From: a virus | Lineage: Duplodnaviria > Caudoviricetes | Direction: 5' to 3' (one strand) | IMG/VR virus record: IMGVR_UViG_3300038393_003183 | Span: 4,656 to 68,655 of that record | DNA length: 64,000 nucleotides | Shown here: positions 1-7,633 of the stretch, piece after piece | How positions within the stretch are numbered: position 1 is the stretch's first letter | Layout of the letters: the number at the start of each line of letters is the position of its first letter | The notes under the pieces: model-generated | What the model was told of the DNA's origin: nothing | What the model saw: only the letters and a program-made list of their open reading frames with translations | The model's database searches: none | Translations under genes and position numbers: made by a program

Positions 1-273
1 TGGGACCTACAGGCGCAGCAGGCATTGTTCCAGCAGGTTGCGGCCGGCTCGCTGGCGTACTGGATCGACGGGCGCTGCGGCGAGTGCCACGGGGCCGGGG
101 TGATGAAGACCCGCATGCTGTGCCCAGCGTGCAAGGGGACAGGAAAGGCCGAGATCGCGCCAGGAGCACCGCGGCTGGTGCGCGAGCGCATCATCGACAT
201 GGTCAGCGAACTGGAGGGGATGGTGCAGGCGCACAACAGCCGCGCTGCGGCCTACCTGCGCCGGCGCGGCTGA
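1..273 (+). CDS. 5'-truncated late antiterminator Q-like protein with CxxCxGxG zinc finger
   Basis: Frame is open from base 1. It contains two CxxCxGxG motifs (CGECHGAG, CPACKGTG), sits upstream of the packaging genes and is followed by a promoter-like sequence. Confidence 0.55.
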   Translation, partial: WDLQAQQALFQQVAAGSLAYWIDGRCGECHGAGVMKTRMLCPACKGTGKAEIAPGAPRLVRERIIDMVSELEGMVQAHNSRAAAYLRRRG

Positions 274-278
274 TTTAG

Positions 279-308
279 TTGCTTGGAAACGAGTTGTGAC
301 CGTATGAT
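279..308 (+). promoter_or_regulatory. Candidate late promoter (pR'-like)
   Basis: TTGCTT (279-284), 18 bp spacer, TATGAT (303-308), immediately after the Q-like gene, which is the lambdoid pR' position. Confidence 0.5.
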
Positions 309-456
309 GGCGCCAATTTACGTTCTGGCCTGAAACAGCAACCGCCCTGGCACGGCGGGATGGGCGCGCGGCGCAAGGCCGGCACCCGAACAGTCTTTTC
401 CCCAGCGTACTTTCCCGCTTGCGCGGGAACCCGATCGGGAAAACCGTCCCTTCCGC

Positions 457-702
457 TTACCTCCTGCTCGGCCCCCGCTCGCCCTGACGAACCGCCGGGT
501 AGGTCACGTTCCACGACACTTCGTACTCGTCGGTCCTGAGTACCTTCGTGCTGGTGCGATACATGAACCGCACCGCCTCCGCGACGAAGACGGGCACGCT
601 GCCCGTCGCGCTGGTGACGGTCTCGTCAGCGTGCAGCGTGACCGTATTCTGGCTGTTGGATGCAACGGCTTGCCAATCGTAGCTCGCGAGTTTTCGCAGC
701 AT
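457..702 (-). CDS. Hypothetical protein (antisense block 1)
   Basis: ORF MLRKLASY... with GGAG RBS; last gene of a coupled minus-strand operon. Confidence 0.55.
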   Translation of the reverse strand: MLRKLASYDWQAVASNSQNTVTLHADETVTSATGSVPVFVAEAVRFMYRTSTKVLRTDEYEVSWNVTYPAVRQGERGPSRR

Positions 703-703
703 G

Positions 704-1126
704 TCATTCTCCCGAGTTGGGGACACGGCCCTGGCTGATCTCCTCCACGTCGCTGCGGCTCAGGAACATGAGTTGGCGGCGAATCTCGTCACGCGTGCTT
801 TTGGGCGCGCAGATGGTTCTGCCGTCTGCCTCCAGCCCCGTGACCAGCCCGTCACCCGCAACCATGGTGCGCGAGCCGACCAGCCAGAAAAAATGCTGGG
901 TGTTCTTGAACGGCTGCATGCCTTCGTCATCGAACCAGATCACATCGCCGTTGGGCAGGGCCAGACTTTCGACCACGTCGCATTGCAGGAACGCGTTCAA
1001 CTGCGTACCGAAGCGGCTGGGATCAAGGTCAAATTCCGCGATGTCCACGCTGGAAGCCTGCGCGTGGATCAGGTAGGCGTCAATCTTCTTCACGTAATCC
1101 TCCGTCGGTTCAATGTTCGGGTTCAT
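704..1126 (-). CDS. DUF3846-like phage protein
   Basis: Pattern L-x-C-D-V-V-E...GDVIWFDDEG...VAGDGLVTG recalls the DUF3846 family (by eye). Confidence 0.55.
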   Translation of the reverse strand: MNPNIEPTEDYVKKIDAYLIHAQASSVDIAEFDLDPSRFGTQLNAFLQCDVVESLALPNGDVIWFDDEGMQPFKNTQHFFWLVGSRTMVAGDGLVTGLEADGRTICAPKSTRDEIRRQLMFLSRSDVEEISQGRVPNSGE

Positions 1127-1670
1127 CGCGGCGCGCACGGGCCATCAATTCCAAGCCCACGTATTCCTTGAAGTCGTCATAGTCGGAAATGCGGTCGTCG
1201 CCGCCCGCGCTAACGATGTCGCGCTGGTCGCTGGGCACCGTACCAGGAACAAAATCAATCTGGTGCTGTTGCAGCAGCGTGACCGAGTCGCTGAACTCGT
1301 TGTATTTGTCGAAATACCAGATCGGCTCATCCGCTCCCGAGCCGCCTTCCTCCAGCGGTACGTCGGGACCCAGCCCGAATTGAATGGTGTACAGGACTGA
1401 ATCCTGCGGCTGCGGGATTTCAATGCTCATTGCTGCCTCCAGCTGATTGGTTGATTTGACGCGCTCATAGACGCGCACGTTGTACTGACGAACCGGGGCG
1501 CGCCGCGGTCCGGTTTTGAAAGGAATGACGCGCGCATGTTTTCCAGCCTGCCGCTGTTCCTCGCAATATGCAAAAGCGGCCACGCGGTCGCTCTTGAATG
1601 GCTTTTCTTCGACGCAGTTCCACGTTGGCGGCTTGCGCGACCGCGCGACGGTACGGTTGGGATTGGCCAT
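1110..1670 (-). CDS. Hypothetical protein, possibly two fused genes (internal start at 1430)
   Basis: 186-aa ORF with a basic N-half and an acidic C-half. GGAGG (1440-1436) lies 5 nt before an in-frame ATG at 1430. Confidence 0.55.
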   Translation of the reverse strand: MANPNRTVARSRKPPTWNCVEEKPFKSDRVAAFAYCEEQRQAGKHARVIPFKTGPRRAPVRQYNVRVYERVKSTNQLEAAMSIEIPQPQDSVLYTIQFGLGPDVPLEEGGSGADEPIWYFDKYNEFSDSVTLLQQHQIDFVPGTVPSDQRDIVSAGGDDRISDYDDFKEYVGLELMARARRDEPEH

Positions 1671-1864
1671 TATTCCTGTCCTCCCCGGTTGACCGCCATT
1701 TCCAAGGCTTTGCGAATCCCTTCACTGATGTTGCCAGCGCCGAGAATTTCCGCGCGCCGACGGCTGGTGCGGTCGAGATAGACCTTACACGCTTCGCCAT
1801 CCACCAGTTTCTTTGGCGCCCCGCGTTTGCGCCTGGACTGCGGCGCTGCAGCTAAGTCGTTCAC
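1670..1864 (-). CDS. Small ribbon-helix-helix-like DNA-binding protein with AT-hook-like N-terminus
   Basis: RKRGAPKK followed by KVYLD...GAGNISEGIRKAL; GGAGG RBS upstream; first gene of the antisense operon. Confidence 0.6.
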   Translation of the reverse strand: MNDLAAAPQSRRKRGAPKKLVDGEACKVYLDRTSRRRAEILGAGNISEGIRKALEMAVNRGGQE

Positions 1865-1988
1865 TTCGTCATTCCTCCTTTACGAGCCAGGGAATCGGGC
1901 CGATTTCCCCTCACACAATCTTATGACCATATAAATCGGTCTTCTTGAGACTGCGCAACGCACTACCGCGCAGGCGAAAGGCAGCACC

Positions 1989-2597
1989 ATGAAAAAAGCA
2001 ATCGAATGGGATTTGGTCGAAATTGATTACCGCGCCGGCATCAAGTCCCTGAAAGCCATCGGCGCTGAATACGGCGTGAGTGATGCGGGCATCCTCAAGA
2101 AAGCCAGGCGCGAGGGCTGGGTGCGCGATCTCGGCGCGAAGATTCGCGCCAAGGCCGAGGCTCAAGTTAGCGCGGCGGCGGTTAGCGCCGAAGTTAGCGC
2201 GCAAACCGCCCAGCGCGAGCGTCAGGTGGTCGAAGCCAACGCGACCCTGCAATCGAACATCATCCTTGCGCACCGCACCGACATTCAACGTTCGCGCAGG
2301 CTGACGATGCAGCTTCTGGACGAGCTTGAACACCAGTCGGAGCACGCGGCCCTGTACCGCGAACTGGGCGAGCTGCTGGCTGCGCCGGACGAACGCGGCC
2401 AGGACAAGCGCCTCGATCTGTTCAACAAGGCCATGAGCCTGCCGTCGCGCACGGGCACGATGAAGGCGCTGGCCGATTCCCTGAAAATCCTGATCGCGCT
2501 GGAGCGCCAGGCGTTCGGCATTGACGAGCGCGAGAACGAAGGCGGCAGCGGCATTGACGACGTGATCCGGCGCGTGCGCGAACGGCTCGATGGCTGA
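1989..2597 (+). CDS. terS: Terminase small subunit
   Basis: N-terminal HTH (DYRAGIKSLKAIGAEYGVSDAGILKKARREGW), helical body, overlaps terL. Confidence 0.85.
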   Translation: MKKAIEWDLVEIDYRAGIKSLKAIGAEYGVSDAGILKKARREGWVRDLGAKIRAKAEAQVSAAAVSAEVSAQTAQRERQVVEANATLQSNIILAHRTDIQRSRRLTMQLLDELEHQSEHAALYRELGELLAAPDERGQDKRLDLFNKAMSLPSRTGTMKALADSLKILIALERQAFGIDERENEGGSGIDDVIRRVRERLDG

Positions 2598-4107
2598 CGG
2601 CCACGCCCTTGAGGTGACGATGGCGGCGCTGATGGCCGACATCCCGCTGCACTGCGACACCTGCCTGCGCGTGCTGGACAAGGACGGCCATCTGGTGCCG
2701 TTCGTGTTCAACCGGGCGCAACGCTTCATCCACGCGCGCCTCGAGGAGCAACTGCAAGCCACCGGCAAGGTGCGCGCGCTGGTCCTGAAAGGACGCCAGC
2801 AGGGCGCATCCACCTACATCGGCGGGCGCTTCTACTGCAAGACCAGCACCACGCCGGGCCGCAGCGCCTTCATCATCGCGCACGAACAGAAGGCGACCGA
2901 CAACCTGTTCAGGATGGTCAAGCGGTATCACGAACACAACCCGTTCGCGCCCTCGACCTCCGCGACCAACGCCAAGGAACTGGTGTTCGGGCGCTTGGAC
3001 GGCGGCTACAAGCTGGCCACGGCCGGCACCAAGGACGTGGGCCGCTCCAACACCGCGCAGCTCCTGCACGGCTCGGAGTTCGCATTCTGGGAGAACGCCG
3101 AGCTGCATCTGGCGGGCCTCGGCAACACCGTGGCCGACACGCCCAACACCGAGATCATTCTGGAGTCCACCGCCAATGGCGTGGGCAACAAGTTCCACAC
3201 GATGTGGCAGGACGCCGAGGCGGGCATTGGCGAGTACATCGCCATCTTCGTGCCGTGGTACTGGCAGGATGAATACCGCGCCCCGGTGCCGCCGGCGTTC
3301 CTGCTCAATGCCGCCGACCAGCTCTACATGGACACCTACGGGCTGGACATGCAGCAGATGGCGTGGCGCGCCAACAAGATCGCCACCTACGGTCAGGGCT
3401 TTGAGTGGCTGTTCGACCAGGAATATCCGGCCACGCCCGGCCTCGCGTTCCGCAGCGCGACCAACGACCCGCTGATTTCCCCCACCTTGGTCATGTCGGC
3501 GGTCAATTCGGACTACCGCGAGCGCACCGGGGCGCTGGTGATCGGCTGCGATCCTGCGGAATTTGGTGCCGACCGCACGGCGGTCGCGTTCCGCCATGGG
3601 CGCACCGTGTTCCGCATCGAGTACCACAACAAGAAAGGCCCGATGGAAGTGGCGGGCATGCTGGCCACCTACTGGCGCGAGCACCAGCCCGATGCGCTGT
3701 TCGTGGACAAGATCGGCATCGGCAGCGGCATCGTGGACCGCCTCAAGGAACTGCACGTTCCCGTCATCGGCGTGAACAGCGCCGAGCGCGCCGCCGATCC
3801 CGAGCGGTACGCCAACAAGCGCGCCGAAATGTGGCACCGCATGAAGGAATGGCTTGAGGACAGGCCCAACCGCCTGCCCAACGACCAGGCGCTGATCGCG
3901 GACCTGTCCGCGCCGGGCTACAAGTACAAGAGCAACGGCTCGCGGCTGGTCGAGAGCAAGGACGACATGAAGAAGCGGCAGGTGCGATCGCCTGACGGTG
4001 CCGACGCCGTGGCCATGACCTTTGCCGAACCAGTCGTGCCGCGCGCCCTGCAAGGCGAGCGCGGCCCGCACCGCACCCACAGCGCCGCCACCAGCGCCGG
4101 CTACTGA
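2590..4107 (+). CDS. terL: Terminase large subunit
   Basis: Walker A-like LKGRQQGAST, Walker B-like LLHGSEFAFW, nuclease acidic motifs GCDPAEFGAD, DKIGIG and SPDGADA. Confidence 0.93.
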   Translation: MADGHALEVTMAALMADIPLHCDTCLRVLDKDGHLVPFVFNRAQRFIHARLEEQLQATGKVRALVLKGRQQGASTYIGGRFYCKTSTTPGRSAFIIAHEQKATDNLFRMVKRYHEHNPFAPSTSATNAKELVFGRLDGGYKLATAGTKDVGRSNTAQLLHGSEFAFWENAELHLAGLGNTVADTPNTEIILESTANGVGNKFHTMWQDAEAGIGEYIAIFVPWYWQDEYRAPVPPAFLLNAADQLYMDTYGLDMQQMAWRANKIATYGQGFEWLFDQEYPATPGLAFRSATNDPLISPTLVMSAVNSDYRERTGALVIGCDPAEFGADRTAVAFRHGRTVFRIEYHNKKGPMEVAGMLATYWREHQPDALFVDKIGIGSGIVDRLKELHVPVIGVNSAERAADPERYANKRAEMWHRMKEWLEDRPNRLPNDQALIADLSAPGYKYKSNGSRLVESKDDMKKRQVRSPDGADAVAMTFAEPVVPRALQGERGPHRTHSAATSAGY

Positions 4108-4120
4108 GAACAGGCACCGC

Positions 4121-6484
4121 ATGGAAACAATCGAACAGGAACGCGCGCAGCAGGAGTACATCGAGGCCGCTGCCGCCGGGATGGAGCGTGACGACACCGT
4201 CGCCTACAACCCCGTCGACAGCCTCGGCACGCTGCTGCTCGCGGAGTTCAAGCAGGCCGAGAACCAGAGGCAGGAGACCGAGCAACGCTGGCTCAAGGAC
4301 CTGCGCCAGTACCGCGGCATCTACGATCCCGACGTGCTGGCCCTGATCGGCCCCAAGCGCAGCAAGGCGTTCGTGCGCGCCACCCGCGTCAAGATCAAGA
4401 CCGCCAATGCGCGCGTGGCTGACCTGCTGTTCCCAAGCGGAAGCGAGCGCACCTGGACTGCTGAACCCAGCCCCATGCCCAGCATCGACCGCGAAACGAA
4501 GATGCAGATCATCGGCGGGCTGCAACAGGCGCTGGGACGCCAGCCGACGCGCCAGGAGGTGGAGGAGGGCGTCAGGAAGGTGGTCGCGCAGGCCGCGAAG
4601 AAGATGGTGCAGGTGATCGATGACCAGCTCGGGGAGGCCGACTACGCCGCCACCGCGCGCAAGATTCTGCACTCGGGCCACCTGTACGGCACCGGCATCC
4701 TCAAGGCGCCGCTGGTCGAGCGCAAGACCCGCTCCAAGTTCGTGATCGAGAACGGCAGGTGGGTGATGAAGACCGAGTCCTACGTGGTCCCCTTCGTGGA
4801 GTACGTGCCGCTCTGGCGCTGGTATCCCGACATGGCCGCGACCACGCTGGACGAATGCCGCTACGTGTACGAGCTGCATGTGATGACGCGCGCCAAGCTG
4901 GCCAGCCTTGCCAAGAAAAAGAGCTTCAAGGGGCAGGTGATCCGCGACTACATTCTGGCCAACCCCAAGGGTGCCAAGACCCCGCGCTACTTCGACAACG
5001 AGATCCGCGACATTGGCGAGCGCCGGGCCGCGCACCCGACCGACGACGGCAGCTACGAGATTCTGGAGCGGTGGGGCTGGCTGGACGGCGAGACGCTGGC
5101 CAACGCCGGGGTGGCGGTGCCGCCCGACCGGATGCATGAGACGTTTTTCAGCAACGTCTGGATGCTGCCCAACGGCGACGTGGTCAAGGTCGTGCTCCAG
5201 CCGATCAACGGCGTGACGTGGCCCTACCACCTGTACTACGTCGACAAGGACGAGACCAGCATCTTCGGTGACGGCTTCGCCTCGATCCTGCGCGACGACC
5301 AGACCATGATCAACGCCGCCACCCGCATGGTGCTGGACAACGCGGCGCTGACCGCCGGGCCGCAGATCGAGGCCAACATGGCGCTGCTGTCGCCCAACGA
5401 GCGCGCCGACGACATTTACCCATTCAAAATCTGGCTGCGCAACGGCCAGGACCCGAGCGTCCCCGCCCTCCGCGTGCTGGCGATCCCGAACGGCCTCGAG
5501 GAACTGATGCCGATCGTGGAAATGTTCAAGATGAACGCCGACGACGTGTCGGCCATCCCGCGCTACATGCAGGGCGAGAACTCGACCACCGGCGCGGCGG
5601 GCACTGCCTCGGGCATGAGCATGCTGCTGGCCAATGCGTCCATCGTGATGAAGGACCTGCTGACCAATTACGACTCGGTCACGCGCAGCTTCATCGAAAG
5701 CCTGTACTTCTGGAACATGCAGTTCAACCCCGACGAGACGATCAAGGGCGACTTTGCGATCAAGGCCCGCGGCGCGGCCAGCCTGATGGCCAAGGAACTG
5801 CGCGCCCAGCAGCTCGACCAGTTCGCCGCCACCATCACCCCCGAGGACGCGCCCTACGTCAAGCGCGAGGAGCTGCTGCGCCAGCGCGCCGAGGCGCACG
5901 ACCTCGCCTCGATCATCAAGACCGAGGAGGAGGTGCAGACCGAGCAGAACACCGAACAGGCGCAGCAGGCGGCGGCGATGGCCCAGAAGATGCAGCAACT
6001 CCAGGTGGAGAACGCCACCCTCACGGTCAAGAAGCTCGAAGCCGAGATCGCGCGCACCGCCGCCGATGTCGAGCGACTGCAGGCCATCGCCACCAAGACC
6101 AACGTGGACGCGGCCTACGCCGGGATGCAGGCGGGCGGGGTGGCCGCCACCAATGCCGCCGTCGCCCCGGCTGGCGATGCGATCCTGCTGTCGGCGGGCT
6201 ACATCGACAAGACGCCCAAGAACCTCGATCAGGGCGGGCAGCCGCCGACCGGCCTGCCAAACCCGCCCGTGCAGGGCATCCCCAGCCCGGCCCAACCCGC
6301 GTTTGGGATGCCGCCCGCTGGTGCGCCCCATGGCGACGATGCGCCGCTCACGCCCGCCGCCGAAGCGGCCCAGCCGCAGCCAGACAGTGCGACGGCGGGC
6401 CTGCATGGCGCTGCCGCCGGGGCCGATGTCGGCCACGAACGCGGCATCGAGACCGCCCGCATCGACGGCCAGCCAGGAACATGA
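4121..6484 (+). CDS. Portal protein (podovirus type, long C-terminal barrel and Pro/Ala-rich tail)
   Basis: 787 aa directly after terL. It has GTGILK, DQTMINAATRMVLDNAAL and AIPRYMQG segments and a Q/A-rich coiled-coil C-terminus. Confidence 0.88.
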   Translation: METIEQERAQQEYIEAAAAGMERDDTVAYNPVDSLGTLLLAEFKQAENQRQETEQRWLKDLRQYRGIYDPDVLALIGPKRSKAFVRATRVKIKTANARVADLLFPSGSERTWTAEPSPMPSIDRETKMQIIGGLQQALGRQPTRQEVEEGVRKVVAQAAKKMVQVIDDQLGEADYAATARKILHSGHLYGTGILKAPLVERKTRSKFVIENGRWVMKTESYVVPFVEYVPLWRWYPDMAATTLDECRYVYELHVMTRAKLASLAKKKSFKGQVIRDYILANPKGAKTPRYFDNEIRDIGERRAAHPTDDGSYEILERWGWLDGETLANAGVAVPPDRMHETFFSNVWMLPNGDVVKVVLQPINGVTWPYHLYYVDKDETSIFGDGFASILRDDQTMINAATRMVLDNAALTAGPQIEANMALLSPNERADDIYPFKIWLRNGQDPSVPALRVLAIPNGLEELMPIVEMFKMNADDVSAIPRYMQGENSTTGAAGTASGMSMLLANASIVMKDLLTNYDSVTRSFIESLYFWNMQFNPDETIKGDFAIKARGAASLMAKELRAQQLDQFAATITPEDAPYVKREELLRQRAEAHDLASIIKTEEEVQTEQNTEQAQQAAAMAQKMQQLQVENATLTVKKLEAEIARTAADVERLQAIATKTNVDAAYAGMQAGGVAATNAAVAPAGDAILLSAGYIDKTPKNLDQGGQPPTGLPNPPVQGIPSPAQPAFGMPPAGAPHGDDAPLTPAAEAAQPQPDSATAGLHGAAAGADVGHERGIETARIDGQPGT

Positions 6485-6738
6485 CCATTCGCCATTTCGT
6501 CATGACGAAATCCTTCCAGTTCCTGCCCGCCGTCCGCAACCGCAAGGAAGCGCGCCCCGACGGCATCACGATCTACCGCATGTCCCGCACCGTCGGTGAC
6601 AGGGTGTACGGCTACGACGTGGCTGTCACCGACCTCGAAATGCAGTACCGCAGCGGGGTCGCCCACAAGCTGCGCAACGCACGGCGCGCCCTGCGTGCCG
6701 AAACCAATGGAGGTTCCAGCCATGGACCACACCACTAG
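6481..6738 (+). CDS. Hypothetical protein
   Basis: ATGA-coupled to the portal stop; 85 aa; good codon bias. Confidence 0.6.
   Translation: MTIRHFVMTKSFQFLPAVRNRKEARPDGITIYRMSRTVGDRVYGYDVAVTDLEMQYRSGVAHKLRNARRALRAETNGGSSHGPHH
6494..6511. promoter_or_regulatory. Perfect 18-bp palindrome ATTTCGTCATGACGAAAT (candidate operator, copy 1)
   Basis: Perfect inverted repeat; an identical copy lies at 39553-39570. Confidence 0.55.
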
Positions 6739-6922
6739 CCCCACCACCAACGAGTACGTCGACCACGCGAAAGAGCTGTGGAAGGACGACGCCAGCGCAA
6801 CCCGCCCGCTTGAGGTGACGATCATGGAGGTGGTGCCGCTCGCCACCGACCAGACGCCGGCCGACAAGCCCGCCGCACCCAAGGATTCCGACTACGCCGA
6901 CGCGTGGAACGGCCATGCGTGA
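6722..6922 (+). CDS. Small acidic protein with scaffold-like C-terminal motif
   Basis: GGAGG RBS; 66 aa; ends DSDYADAWNGHA, resembling the ends of the scaffold protein. Confidence 0.6.
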   Translation: MDHTTSPTTNEYVDHAKELWKDDASATRPLEVTIMEVVPLATDQTPADKPAAPKDSDYADAWNGHA

Positions 6923-7160
6923 CAGCCTCCAGTTGCGCGCCGCAGTCGCGCACGAACTGGCCGAGCTGCACCAGCTACGCGCCACGCTCCCGCTGCGCCA
7001 GTTGATCACGCTGCTGGACACGCTGATCGACTCGCATCTGGAGGACCTGACCACCATCGACCCCGACCACCTGCGGTTCAAGCAGGGCGCGATCCGGCAG
7101 CTCCAGTGCCTGCGTGCGGTCCTGCTGGAAGACCATCCCAACCTGTCACCGAAAGCCTGA
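6915..7160 (+). CDS. Small head-assembly protein (Bbp19-like)
   Basis: 81-aa helical protein with a KQGAIRQL motif, in the portal-to-scaffold position typical of this phage type. Confidence 0.5.
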   Translation: MRDSLQLRAAVAHELAELHQLRATLPLRQLITLLDTLIDSHLEDLTTIDPDHLRFKQGAIRQLQCLRAVLLEDHPNLSPKA

Positions 7161-7162
7161 GC

Positions 7163-7633
7163 ATGCCGTTCGCCTCCCATACCGACCGAATCCGCTCAAC
7201 CCCGGCCACGCGGCGCCGGGACGACAACGTGCGCGCCATCATCACCGCGCTGCGCGAGCGCCACCTGATGCGCGACGAGATCGCAGCCCTGATCAACATG
7301 GGCCGCTCGGGTGCCAACAAGTACGTGGCGATGCTGCGCGAGGCGGGCGTGATCGAGATCGAGCGGTACGTGGCCAAGACGGTTTGGGCCACCGGCAAGC
7401 CGGTGTACCGCCTGAACCCCGACACGGCGCTGGTCGACGGCTACCTGCGCTCGCTCGACACCGGCACCGTCAGCGTGACCAAGCCGGTGCGCGAGATCGA
7501 CCACACGCGCCATGTCCACCTGACCAGCGACGACTGCAACTACCACATCAAGCTGGCCTCGGTGCGCATCCCGCCGCCCGACCCGCTGCTGGCCGCGTTC
7601 TTCGGGCTGGCCAAGCCGGAGCAGCACGCGTGA
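7163..7633 (+). CDS. Winged helix-turn-helix DNA-binding protein
   Basis: MRDEIAALINMGRSGANKYVAMLREAGVIEIER...KPVYRL has wHTH geometry. Confidence 0.7.
   Translation: MPFASHTDRIRSTPATRRRDDNVRAIITALRERHLMRDEIAALINMGRSGANKYVAMLREAGVIEIERYVAKTVWATGKPVYRLNPDTALVDGYLRSLDTGTVSVTKPVREIDHTRHVHLTSDDCNYHIKLASVRIPPPDPLLAAFFGLAKPEQHA

Noticed and set aside
1865-1988. Packaging (pac/cos) site or defined promoters in the AT-rich gap before terS
   Set aside because: There is a short palindrome (AATCGG-gc-CCGATT) and AT-rich DNA, but no convincing -35/-10 pair, and a pac site cannot be called from sequence alone.
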